A stretch of DNA of 64,000 nucleotides from Firmicutes bacterium TM09-10 (GTDB taxonomy: Bacteria; Bacteroidota; Bacteroidia; Bacteroidales; UBA932). The notes beneath the pieces were generated by a model that made no database searches, had not been told where the DNA came from, and saw only the letters and a list, made by a program, of their open reading frames with translations. The position numbers and the translations under genes are program-made. Shown piece after piece: positions 29,428 through 38,619 of the stretch (its first letter is position 1; every line of letters starts with the position of its first letter). The DNA is taken from positions 12,564 through 76,563 of the forward strand of contig CAVJMH010000003.1 in assembly GCA_963650755.1 (NCBI GenBank), written 5' to 3'.

Positions 29428-29435
29428 CAAAAGTA
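29428..29435 (-). promoter_or_regulatory. Bacteroidota -7 box for the porin-potABCD operon
   Basis: Minus strand TACTTTTG, about 85 nt upstream of the ATG. Confidence 0.65.
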
Positions 29436-29466
29436 ATGTTTTTTCAGAAAAAACAATGCCCGCAGC

Positions 29467-30006
29467 CTAAAAATTATATGTAAGAGAAAGAGATGTAGGC
29501 GATATTCTCAGCATAAGCGCGTCCGTAGTGACTCTCCCCACGTGCGCGCTCGCTATTCCTATGGCGGCACCTGCTGCCACATCCCACCACCAGTGCCTAT
29601 GATGTACCACCCTCATAGCTCCTACAAGCACTGCATTGGCATAAAAAACACTGCCCCAAACCCAGCCATACTCCATTCTTATGAGTTCGGCTCCCGAAAA
29701 TGTAGCGGCAGTATGTCCCGATGGAAATGAGTTATATGCCGATCCGTCGGGACGCTTCTCCTTAATACACCATTTGAGCGGATAAACCACTGCGGTATGA
29801 TACAAAAAAGATGTAGCCATATTGAGAGTCCTGTCCACGAAGCCATGCTTACTCTCTATTCCCAAAGCACCTGAACACAGCACGAACGCGACAGGAGCAT
29901 ATTGGCAATAAGTCTCAAAAAATTTATATTCATTGACCTGCGCCCTGCTCTTCATCGCAACAGGTAAAAACAACACACAGAGCAAAAGAATCCTAATCGT
30001 TCTCAT
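29467..30006 (-). CDS. PAP2 family phosphatase
   Basis: K-x6-RP, SFPSGH, R-x5-H-x3-D motifs. Confidence 0.9.
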   Translation of the reverse strand: MRTIRILLLCVLFLPVAMKSRAQVNEYKFFETYCQYAPVAFVLCSGALGIESKHGFVDRTLNMATSFLYHTAVVYPLKWCIKEKRPDGSAYNSFPSGHTAATFSGAELIRMEYGWVWGSVFYANAVLVGAMRVVHHRHWWWDVAAGAAIGIASAHVGRVTTDALMLRISPTSLSLTYNF

Positions 30007-30883
30007 CGTAGGTCTGCAAAGTTCTTCTTAAAGATTCAGCCCAGTGAGGTATCTCCACACCGAATGTGCTTTTTATCAAGGATTTATCCAAAACGGAATA
30101 GACTGGGCGACGTGCCCTTGTAGGATATTCAGAGCTTCTTACTGGTATGACCCGACACGAAGAACCACTGAAAACACGTATGGCCTGAGCGAAGTCATAC
30201 CACGACGCCACCCCTTCGGACGAGAAATGATAGAGCCCTGTTTTTTCAAAAAGACTCTCATCACCAATTATATGCATTATGACAGCCGCTACATCTTCCG
30301 CGCAAGTGGGGGTTCCTACGGAATCATAGACAACCTTGACTTCATCTTTCTTTGAAAAAAGTGAGAGCATAGTCTTCACGAAATTCTTACCATAGAGTGA
30401 GTACATCCACGAAGTACGCAAGATTATGTACTTGCAGCCGGATTTCATTATGGCATCCTCCCCTGCCAATTTCGTAACGCCATAGACACTTACCGGATCA
30501 GGAATGTCCTTCTCCACATAAGGATACGGGTGATTCTGCCCTGAGAATACGTAATCCGTAGAGAGGTGCATCAGCAGAATGCCGTTTTTCTTCGCCACCG
30601 ACGAAAGCAGCGCCGGAGCCTCACAGTTCACAAGATTGGCCATATAAATGTCATCTTCGGCCATGTCCACCCCTGTATAAGCGGCGCAATTGATTATCAC
30701 GTCTATCTTCTCGCTTTCGACGAATATCTGAACAGATTCTTCGTTACACACGTCAAGGCACAAAGTCTCCACATCCGCTGTCTCGGTAATGTCGGTGAAG
30801 ACAAAATGATGACCGCTGCCCACACTCACCTTGCGAAGGGAGCGGCCCAATTGCCCATTAGACCCTGTTACCAATATGTTCAT
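29993..30883 (-). CDS. rfbD: dTDP-4-dehydrorhamnose reductase
   Basis: GSNGQLG, NCAAYT, STDYVF, YGVTK, LRTSW, RPVYSVLD. Confidence 0.95.
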   Translation of the reverse strand: MNILVTGSNGQLGRSLRKVSVGSGHHFVFTDITETADVETLCLDVCNEESVQIFVESEKIDVIINCAAYTGVDMAEDDIYMANLVNCEAPALLSSVAKKNGILLMHLSTDYVFSGQNHPYPYVEKDIPDPVSVYGVTKLAGEDAIMKSGCKYIILRTSWMYSLYGKNFVKTMLSLFSKKDEVKVVYDSVGTPTCAEDVAAVIMHIIGDESLFEKTGLYHFSSEGVASWYDFAQAIRVFSGSSCRVIPVRSSEYPTRARRPVYSVLDKSLIKSTFGVEIPHWAESLRRTLQTYDEND

Positions 30884-30978
30884 ACAATCCTTTTCTCATA
30901 ATCGCCAAACCAATTTTAGCGCCCACAAAATTAAGAATAAATGGCTTATTTTCCACCTTTTTATACCGTTATTATTGT

Positions 30979-30986
30979 TATATTTG
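30979..30986 (+). promoter_or_regulatory. Bacteroidota -7 box for rnhA-pdxA
   Basis: TATATTTG, 7 nt before the GTG start. Confidence 0.65.
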
Positions 30987-30993
30987 CATTCTT

Positions 30994-31497
30994 GTGGAAA
31001 ACAGACCTGCCATATATCTATTCACCGACGGCGCTGCCAGCGGTAATCCCGGTCCGGGAGGATACGGGGCTGTGCTGAAGTGCCAGGGAAAAGAAAAAGA
31101 ATTGAGCGGAGCTTTCCGACTTACCACCAATAACCGCATGGAACTTCTAGCAGTCATAAAAGGGCTGCAAGCCATCAAATGGAAGAATGCAGTGGTGGAG
31201 ATTTGGTCAGATTCATCCTATGTAGTCAAGGCCATTAACGAAGGCTGGCTGGAGAATTGGCAGAAAAAAGGCTGGAAAAAGGTAAAAAATCCTGACCTTT
31301 GGCAAGCTTTCCTTCCATTATACAGAGCCCACAAGGTTACTTTCCATTGGCTGAAAGGACACGCGGGACATCCGGAGAACGAAAGATGCGATGCCTTGGC
31401 AGTAAATGCCTACAAGAACGGCCCATGGGACACTGATGAAGGGTATTTGGCATCATTGACACCAAAAGAAGAGAACAACGAACAAACATTGATATAA
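30994..31497 (+). CDS. rnhA: Ribonuclease HI
   Basis: FTDGA..GNPGPGG, TTNNRMEL, SDSSYV, KNPDLW, KGHAGHPENERCD. Confidence 0.97.
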   Translation: MENRPAIYLFTDGAASGNPGPGGYGAVLKCQGKEKELSGAFRLTTNNRMELLAVIKGLQAIKWKNAVVEIWSDSSYVVKAINEGWLENWQKKGWKKVKNPDLWQAFLPLYRAHKVTFHWLKGHAGHPENERCDALAVNAYKNGPWDTDEGYLASLTPKEENNEQTLI

Positions 31498-31500
31498 AAT

Positions 31501-32589
31501 ATGGCACAAAGCGAAAAAATAAGAGTTGGCATCACTCAAGGTGATTCTAACGGAATAGGATACGAAGTCATCATCAAGGCGCTCAGTGACGAACGCATTT
31601 TGGATCAATTAAATCCGATTCTGTATGGTTCGTCCAAACTTTTCGGTTTCTACTGCAAGACTATGCCGGAGATAGGACATCTTAACGTAAATTCCGTTCA
31701 GGATGCCGCTGAAGCACAGCAGAAGAAGATAAACATCGTAGAATGCTTGGACGAAAATTCATTCGCAGAACCAGGCACAGCCACGGCATCAGCTGCTCAA
31801 GATGCCATCACCTGCCTTCAAAGAGCGGTGAAAGACATTAAGGACGGCAAGATAGACGTGCTGGTGACCGGCCCTATCAACAAAAAATCCATGTCGACGC
31901 AGGGCTTCAAATTCCCGGGGCATACGGAATATCTTCAAAACGAGTTCGGGACAAAGGACGTTACTATGCTCATGGTGAGCGATCGCATTAAGTTAGGGGT
32001 GGTTACAGGGCACATTCCCCTTAAAAACGTACCTGAGAACATTACGGAAGAAAGCATCCTCAGTAAACTCCGGCTTATGAAAGAGTCTCTTCTGAAAGAT
32101 TTTGCCATCACCGACCCTACCATAGGAGTTTTGAGTCTCAATCCGCACAGCGGAGACGGAGGGCTGCTTGGAAACGAAGAACAGGACATCATCATTCCGG
32201 CCATAAGAAAAGCCGTGGACGAGGGCATCAGAGCATTCGGGCCATTCTCTCCGGACGGATACTTCGGACTTGGAACATATCAGAAGTTCGACGCCACGCT
32301 CGCCATGTACCACGACCAAGGGCTTTCACCATTCAAGACCATCGCTTTCGCCGACGGCATTAACTTTACAGCCGGTCTTCCTATAGTTAGAACTTCTCCA
32401 GACCACGGAACAGCATTCGAATTGGCAGGAAGAGACCTCTCGGATGCTTCCTCCATGCGCTCCGCCATATACAGGGCCGTGGACATATTCCGACAGAGAA
32501 CGGCATCTGACCGTCTGGAAGAAGGAAAAATGCAGGATCTGCGTCCTACCGAAGAAGAAAGAGTATCTAACAGGCCACAGATAGCATAA
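31501..32589 (+). CDS. pdxA: 4-hydroxythreonine-4-phosphate dehydrogenase family protein
   Basis: GDSNGIG, PINK, GHTE, LNPHSG, AMYHDQG, RTSPDHGTA. Confidence 0.93.
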   Translation: MAQSEKIRVGITQGDSNGIGYEVIIKALSDERILDQLNPILYGSSKLFGFYCKTMPEIGHLNVNSVQDAAEAQQKKINIVECLDENSFAEPGTATASAAQDAITCLQRAVKDIKDGKIDVLVTGPINKKSMSTQGFKFPGHTEYLQNEFGTKDVTMLMVSDRIKLGVVTGHIPLKNVPENITEESILSKLRLMKESLLKDFAITDPTIGVLSLNPHSGDGGLLGNEEQDIIIPAIRKAVDEGIRAFGPFSPDGYFGLGTYQKFDATLAMYHDQGLSPFKTIAFADGINFTAGLPIVRTSPDHGTAFELAGRDLSDASSMRSAIYRAVDIFRQRTASDRLEEGKMQDLRPTEEERVSNRPQIA

Positions 32590-33065
32590 TGCCAGGACCT
32601 TCGGAGTGCGTTTTCGCCAGAAATTGTACCATAAGGCGGCTCGATAAAGAAAGGGCCGCCGATTTTTTAGCTCAAAATCATTATTTGGGAGCCTGCAAAG
32701 CGCGTTATCATTACGGACTTTTCACTCTTCGTACAACAGGCCAAGCGGAAAAAGCGGTGGATGAAGGAACGCTCGTGGCAGTGGGAAGCTTCTCCAATGC
32801 CCGCAGATTTCAAGACGGGCACACCAGCTATGAATGGATAAGATACGCCTCACTGAAAGGACTCCGAGTAATGGGCGGAATGAGTAAAATTCTGAAAACT
32901 TTCCGCGAAGAGCATCATCCAGGAGACGTTATGACTTATGTGGACGCTTCCCTTACAGATGGTAAAGCATATAAAGACTTGGGATTCAAAGAAGTGCAAC
33001 GTATAGAACGTGCAGATTACACTAATCTGAAACTTAAACTATTTCTTCCACAAGAGGGCGAATGA
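32589..33065 (+). CDS. Hypothetical protein with Mom-like/GNAT-like domain
   Basis: ARNCTIRR..A..FL..NHYLG..YGLF..LVAV..F..YEWIRYAS..VMGGMSKIL..MTYVD..GKAYKDLGF. Coupled to pdxA by TAATG. Confidence 0.6.
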   Translation: MPGPSECVFARNCTIRRLDKERAADFLAQNHYLGACKARYHYGLFTLRTTGQAEKAVDEGTLVAVGSFSNARRFQDGHTSYEWIRYASLKGLRVMGGMSKILKTFREEHHPGDVMTYVDASLTDGKAYKDLGFKEVQRIERADYTNLKLKLFLPQEGE

Positions 33066-33495
33066 CATCATACTCATAACCCCGCGACAATGCGAACCTT
33101 ATCAGTTTATATTTACCCTGCGGGTCATCCTGCAGACTTTTCCACTTTCTATTAAGTACAGCTTTAAGTTTTTCCTGCGCACACGACTGATCCACCTCTT
33201 GAAGGGCTTCCTTTACGATGGACGGCTCTATTCTCTTGGATAACAATAAAGTGCGTATTTTTAGAGGACCCCAGCCACTGAGCGATGATTTTTCACGAGC
33301 ATAGGCACAGCTATACCTTCTATCATCCACGAACCTGTCTTTTACCAAAGAGGCCACCATCTCGGCAGCTTTCTGCTCTGGATCTGGACACGCACTACTT
33401 AAAGACAGCGCCTTTCTATAAATATCGGACTCGCAGTATTCCCTTTTCACACAGAGAGCCTGCAACTTGTCCAAGATAGGGTCCTTCTCGCTCAT
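33034..33495 (-). CDS. recX: Regulatory protein RecX
   Basis: REYCESDI, FVDDRRYSCAYAR, WGPLKI, KLIRFALSRGY. Confidence 0.9.
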   Translation of the reverse strand: MSEKDPILDKLQALCVKREYCESDIYRKALSLSSACPDPEQKAAEMVASLVKDRFVDDRRYSCAYAREKSSLSGWGPLKIRTLLLSKRIEPSIVKEALQEVDQSCAQEKLKAVLNRKWKSLQDDPQGKYKLIRFALSRGYEYDVIRPLVEEIV

Positions 33496-34511
33496 TTCTG
33501 ATTATGTTTTCCAGCCAAAAGTCCGCACGCGGCGAGAATATCTTCTCCACGAGAAGCGCGTATGGTGCACATTACACCTTGACTGTTAAGATAATCTCTG
33601 AAAGCAGTCATCGCCTCTGGGGTGCTACATTCATAAGGAAAATCCGGAATCTTATGGAATCGGATAAGGTTCACCCTGCACTCCAGACCTTTCAGAAGAT
33701 GTGCTAAAGCCTTGGCATGGCGAAGGTCGTCGTTCCAGCCCTGGAACATAGTATATTCGAAACTTACCCTTCTCTGACCTGTGAAATCGTATTTTTTCAG
33801 CAATTCCACCACATCCTTTATATCATAGGCTTTCTGGATGGGCATCATCTGAAAACGTTCCTCGGGGAATGGATTATGAAGGCTCACCGCCAAATGGCAC
33901 CTGCATCCGTCAAGATACTGCTTTAAAGTAGGGACAACTCCTATAGTACTGAGTGTTATCCTTTTAGGGCTCCATGCAAATCCCCACGGCGCCGTGAGCA
34001 CATCTATGGCTTTTTTTACAGCTTCGTAGTTATCCAAAGGCTCCCCCATCCCCATAAAGACGGCATTGGTAAGCTCCAAAGACTCGTCTATGGCTATAAA
34101 CTGGCTAAGAATGTCCGCCGTAGAAAGGTTCCCGTGAAAACCCTGACGTCCGGTCATACAGAATTTGCATGACATCTTGCACCCTATCTGAGAACTGACA
34201 CAAAGAGTCTTTCGCTCCTCGTCTGGTATCATCACAGCCTCCACAGCACCGCCGTCAAGGCCAAAAAGGTATTTCTTCGTGCCGTCCGTGGATGTGAAAC
34301 ACTCCGAAGGAAGCGTTACACCGAGTTCGTATTTTTCATCGAGCCTCGCACGACCTTCCTTAGAGATATTGGTCATAGAATCAAAGTCTCTGACCCTTTT
34401 CTCATACATCCACTGCGCTATCTGTTTAGCAGTAAAAGAAGGGAGTCCCACTGCCCTTACCACCTCTTTCAGCTCATCCAGACTTTTCCCAAGTATTTTT
34501 TCCTTAGACAT
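33492..34511 (-). CDS. rlmN: 23S rRNA A2503 C2-methyltransferase (radical SAM)
   Basis: DGTKKYL, CVSSQIGCKMSCKFC, MGMGEP, SRGEDILAACG. Start ATG 34511. Confidence 0.97.
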   Translation of the reverse strand: MSKEKILGKSLDELKEVVRAVGLPSFTAKQIAQWMYEKRVRDFDSMTNISKEGRARLDEKYELGVTLPSECFTSTDGTKKYLFGLDGGAVEAVMIPDEERKTLCVSSQIGCKMSCKFCMTGRQGFHGNLSTADILSQFIAIDESLELTNAVFMGMGEPLDNYEAVKKAIDVLTAPWGFAWSPKRITLSTIGVVPTLKQYLDGCRCHLAVSLHNPFPEERFQMMPIQKAYDIKDVVELLKKYDFTGQRRVSFEYTMFQGWNDDLRHAKALAHLLKGLECRVNLIRFHKIPDFPYECSTPEAMTAFRDYLNSQGVMCTIRASRGEDILAACGLLAGKHNQK

Positions 34512-34517
34512 AGGTTG

Positions 34518-34525
34518 CAAAAATA
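34518..34525 (-). promoter_or_regulatory. Bacteroidota -7 box for rlmN-recX
   Basis: Minus strand TATTTTTG, 6 nt before the ATG. Confidence 0.6.
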
Positions 34526-34657
34526 AACAATTTTGCGTAAGTTTATTCGCTTGTGAAATCCCTCGCCCTGCCAATTAGAGCGGACACAAAGCCTATCTTG
34601 TCCATTTTTAGAGAACTATCGGAGCCTCTTAAACTTGGCTATCAATCACAGGGAATA

Positions 34658-35539
34658 CTAGAACGGCAACTCCATGCCATAATAAACAGGAGGCTCGCTG
34701 AGAACACGAATATCCTTATCCTCAAATAGTTTTGCTTGTTTTTGCAGTTTTTCCAGGTATTCAGTGCGAAGAGATAAATTGTCAAGTTCTTCTCTTCGTG
34801 CCTTGCTAATCTCCAGAAACTTATCTTCCATATCTATTCCCAAAAACCTGCGCCCAAGCAAATTAGCGGCTATCCCTGTCGTGCTACTTCCGGTAAATGG
34901 GTCCAATATCCAAGCACCAGGTTCTGTAGAAGCCTGAATCATTCTTGAAAGCACACACAATGGCTTCTGCGTAGGATGCTTTCCACACGATTTTTCCCAT
35001 TTGGCAATCGCCGGAAGAGTCCACACATCACGCATCTGTGTACCTCCATTTACCGCCTTCATCAGCTCATAATTGAAGTAATGAGCAACTTTCTGCTCCT
35101 TTCGAGCCCAAAGAATATACTCTGCTGAATATGTAAAATACCGACACGAAAGATTTGGCGGAGGATTGGTCTTCACCCAAGTAATACAGTTCAAAATCTT
35201 GAATCCAAGCTCCGTCAGGCATCTGGCGATAGAAAAGATATTGTGATATGTTCCGCTCACCCAGATTGTTCCATTACTTTTTAACTTTTCGCGACAAGCC
35301 GAAAGCCAAGCCTTGTCGAATCGGTAGTCTTCTTCAAATCCCTTAGATTTATCCCATTCTCCCTTATTTACAGACACCATCTTCCCGCTCTGAACGCTTA
35401 TGCCGCCATTAGATAGGTGGTATGGCGGATCAGCGAAGATCATATCAAACTTGAACTCAAATTGGGACAAAAGTTCAATACAATCACCTTTAGCCAAAGT
35501 GAAATCCTTATTACCAGACTTGAAGAAGGGAATAATCAT
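34658..35539 (-). CDS. N6-adenine DNA methyltransferase, beta class (DpnA/M2.DpnII-like)
   Basis: FADPPY before HPTQKP and LDPFTGSSTT, plus SVNKGEWD. Overlaps the REase stop. Confidence 0.9.
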   Translation of the reverse strand: MIIPFFKSGNKDFTLAKGDCIELLSQFEFKFDMIFADPPYHLSNGGISVQSGKMVSVNKGEWDKSKGFEEDYRFDKAWLSACREKLKSNGTIWVSGTYHNIFSIARCLTELGFKILNCITWVKTNPPPNLSCRYFTYSAEYILWARKEQKVAHYFNYELMKAVNGGTQMRDVWTLPAIAKWEKSCGKHPTQKPLCVLSRMIQASTEPGAWILDPFTGSSTTGIAANLLGRRFLGIDMEDKFLEISKARREELDNLSLRTEYLEKLQKQAKLFEDKDIRVLSEPPVYYGMELPF

Positions 35540-36396
35540 TCTTGAATCAGCCTTAAAATAATGCCATTTTCCAAATCCTTGATATTATAAAGATTCTCAA
35601 GGACATCGAAAGTCTCTTTCAGATTGTTCCGGGCACTTATCCATCCTTGCCCGTCAGTGAACCACACAAACTTGAAATAGTCCAAGTCCCTGGTTTCCAA
35701 CGTTATTGTTTTATAACTCTGTGCGGTCTCATTCAGTTTGGAGCCTGAACTGGAATAGAAGTTCGTCTCGATACCATAAATCATATTCAGACACTTGACG
35801 ACAAAATCAAATCTCTTTTCTACGCTTCCGCTATTGGAGATTGAGGCCAGATCTACATTCCACCTTTCCTCAATCTCGTGAATATACATTTCCTTGAAAT
35901 AGGTTTCACCTTTTACAAGGCCAGCTTGAATGAGATAACTCTCAACAAGATTTTCCATCAAATGACCACCGCGATTCTTGCGCCCGTTAGAGTCAAGTCC
36001 GGTCTCGACACCTGTCACATAGTCCACCAGATTATTAATCAAATGATTCTCTATAAGATCAAATAATCCAGTTTTTCTCATAAAAACCTTATACTGAGAT
36101 GTCGGATAATTCCTCGTCTCAAAATTGTAGCAGAATGCTCCTTCTGCATCTATCGCGAAAATATCCATACCGCGTTTAGCCAGAAGAATAGGAATGCACT
36201 TTAGCGTCTCCGGGTAACGCTCGATTATATTCTCAAAATCAGCCTCAATATTTCGTGATCCGATCAATGAGTTAAGAATGTTCAGTTCAATTCTATGAGC
36301 ATCAACATTGGCAAACACCTTTGGAAAGTCGATGTAATATTTATAGTCGGCAATGGAGCCACGGAACTCACCAAGCCAAGCGTCAAAATTCCTCAT
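35536..36396 (-). CDS. DpnII family type II restriction endonuclease
   Basis: LNILNSLIG, GVETGLDSNGRKNRGG, KRFDFV, IETNFY, GSKLNETA, WFTDGQGW. Confidence 0.93.
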   Translation of the reverse strand: MRNFDAWLGEFRGSIADYKYYIDFPKVFANVDAHRIELNILNSLIGSRNIEADFENIIERYPETLKCIPILLAKRGMDIFAIDAEGAFCYNFETRNYPTSQYKVFMRKTGLFDLIENHLINNLVDYVTGVETGLDSNGRKNRGGHLMENLVESYLIQAGLVKGETYFKEMYIHEIEERWNVDLASISNSGSVEKRFDFVVKCLNMIYGIETNFYSSSGSKLNETAQSYKTITLETRDLDYFKFVWFTDGQGWISARNNLKETFDVLENLYNIKDLENGIILRLIQE

Positions 36397-36404
36397 ATAA
36401 TGTA

Positions 36405-37310
36405 CTATATTATGTTGGTTATCATTATTTCGGATAACTTTCTCCGTCCTGCAGCATTGGCATTAATCATTCTGGATGCGGAAACACGTTTGATGTTGAA
36501 CCTTTGATAAATATTGTCAAAAAAGTTACCGGAAGCTGTGTCCTTTACCGGATCCGAATTGCTAGCGACAAACAGAGCCTTTTTCTCTGTAATGCGATTG
36601 CAGAAATCCCTTAAACGAATCTGTTCCTCATCATTAAACCCCTCCTTTGAATATGAGGTAAATGAAGATGTCTCCGTAATAGGCTTGTAAGGCGGATCGA
36701 AATAGAAAACCGAATGCTCGTCTGCATACTTCTCTGTCTGTGAAAAATCCCCACAAAGTATCGTCACGCACTTAAGGAGCTCAGAATCAGCCCTCAAAGT
36801 TTCCACATCGCAAATCTTCGGGTTAGCATATCGCCCGAACGGAACATTGAACGCTCCCTTTGAATTGACACGATACAGCCCATTAAAGCAGGTCCTGTTC
36901 AAGAATATAAATAACGCGGCAATCTCGACATCGCTCTCCGGATGTTCATTATAGCGACTACGTTTTTTGAGAAAATAATCCTTCCTATCGTCCTCATCCA
37001 GAGCCTGATATACTGCCTGATACTCTACCAATACATCGATCAGTTCCTCAACCTTATTCTTGATGACAGAATAGGTGCAAATAAGTTCTCGGTTGATGTC
37101 ATTGATGACTGCCTGCTCGATATTCGGAAACTCCTGAAGAATCCAGAACAGAACAGCCCCGCCACCGACAAAAGGTTCCACATAAGTAATGCCTTTTCTC
37201 CTGCTCAAATCAACAGGCAGCGACAGTCGCACCTCATCCAAAAGCTGAGATTTACCACCAACCCACTTCACAAAAGGCTTAGCCTTAACTTTATCGTCTT
37301 TCAAAACCAT
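36405..37310 (-). CDS. Dam family DNA adenine methyltransferase, alpha class (DpnM-like)
   Basis: KWVGGK, EPFVGGG, NRTCFNGLYRVN, FNVPFG, DPPY. Confidence 0.95.
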   Translation of the reverse strand: MVLKDDKVKAKPFVKWVGGKSQLLDEVRLSLPVDLSRRKGITYVEPFVGGGAVLFWILQEFPNIEQAVINDINRELICTYSVIKNKVEELIDVLVEYQAVYQALDEDDRKDYFLKKRSRYNEHPESDVEIAALFIFLNRTCFNGLYRVNSKGAFNVPFGRYANPKICDVETLRADSELLKCVTILCGDFSQTEKYADEHSVFYFDPPYKPITETSSFTSYSKEGFNDEEQIRLRDFCNRITEKKALFVASNSDPVKDTASGNFFDNIYQRFNIKRVSASRMINANAAGRRKLSEIMITNII

Positions 37311-37518
37311 TTTCCAAAGTCCTTTTAAGGGTAAATATACAACAAACTTGCGGAAGAACCAGTTTTTTCGTTAATTTCCCCACGCAGTAGTACTATTTTA
37401 CCTTAATATTATTCTATTTGAAAAATAAGTGTACCTTTTTGTATAAAAATATGTAAATTCGTGGCTGTCAACTTAAAATTTATAAGAAGTAGGAAGTCCT
37501 TAACTAAAATCAATAATT

Positions 37519-38565
37519 ATGTTATTTCACGTTTATGGAGATATGGCAGTCTATCAATGGCTGGCCATGCTCGGAGTCCTTTTAGGACTTATTCTTTTAA
37601 ATGAATTTGCAAGAAGAACTAAATTCGGCGGAGCCGTGATGTTTTTCGCTATTCCATTGGCACTTACAGTCTATTTTTTAGCCATTCAGATTGGTGCACA
37701 TGCCGGAGCTTCGTGGGCAGTCAATAACCAGACCTATCTTTATATGAACGGGTGGTTTCATTATGCCAAACTCTATGCGGCTCTCACCGGATGTATCGGT
37801 TTCATGATGATTAAGTACGGATGGGGCATAGGTAAACAGCATTGGTTCAAACCATTCCCATTCATCATCGTGGCCATCAACATCCTTATCGCGGTGGCTT
37901 CCGATTTTGAGACTGCCATTAAGGGTTGGTATGCTTGGTATCTTTCACCAGAGCAGGTTTGGCTTTATGGTGGCTGGCATAATGTAATGAACGGTATCGC
38001 CGGTCTTTTGAACATCTTCTGTATGACGGCTTGGTGGAGCGTATATTCATCTAAGGATAAGAAGGATATGCTCTGGCCGGATATGACTTGGGTATATATC
38101 CTCGTATATGATATTTGGAATTTTGCATACACATACAACTGTCTGCCTACACACTCTTGGTATTGTGGTGTAGCTCTTCTCCTTGCTCCTACTATCGCAG
38201 CATTGTGCTGGAATAGAGGTGGTTGGATTATGAACCGTGCCAATACTCTTGCTATCTGGTGTATGTTTGCACAGGTATTCCCGCTTTTTCAGGTTACATT
38301 CCCGGACGGAACAGCTGCAAGCAAATGGGCTACTCTTCCTCGTCTTTATGCCGATGGTACTCTTAACGGAATCACAGCAGGAACCAGCGTCAATGCCGAT
38401 CCTACTATGATGACTATCGTCAGCGCACTTGCTTTGATTGTGAACATCGTAGCTCTTGGATATATCATCTGCCAGGCTAAGAAGCGTCATATTAACCCAT
38501 ACAAACAGGATGTCTTTGTTAATCAAAAATATTACAAGGATGCCGCTGCTCGTATAGGGGAATAG
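37519..38565 (+). CDS. DUF5692-like integral membrane protein
   Basis: LNEFARRTK, WFHYAKLYAA, NGIAGLLNI, DMLWPDMTW, YDIWNF, RANTLAIW. Multiple TM helices. Confidence 0.75.
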   Translation: MLFHVYGDMAVYQWLAMLGVLLGLILLNEFARRTKFGGAVMFFAIPLALTVYFLAIQIGAHAGASWAVNNQTYLYMNGWFHYAKLYAALTGCIGFMMIKYGWGIGKQHWFKPFPFIIVAINILIAVASDFETAIKGWYAWYLSPEQVWLYGGWHNVMNGIAGLLNIFCMTAWWSVYSSKDKKDMLWPDMTWVYILVYDIWNFAYTYNCLPTHSWYCGVALLLAPTIAALCWNRGGWIMNRANTLAIWCMFAQVFPLFQVTFPDGTAASKWATLPRLYADGTLNGITAGTSVNADPTMMTIVSALALIVNIVALGYIICQAKKRHINPYKQDVFVNQKYYKDAAARIGE

Positions 38566-38586
38566 AGTGAGTAAAAATAATAAAAT

Positions 38587-38615
38587 AACAGGCCGGCTAA
38601 TTAAGTCGGCCTGTT
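38587..38615. terminator. Bidirectional terminator between convergent DUF5692 gene and trpS
   Basis: AACAGGCCGGCT-AATTA-AGTCGGCCTGTT hairpin with A/T-rich flanks. Confidence 0.8.
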
Positions 38616-38619
38616 CTGT

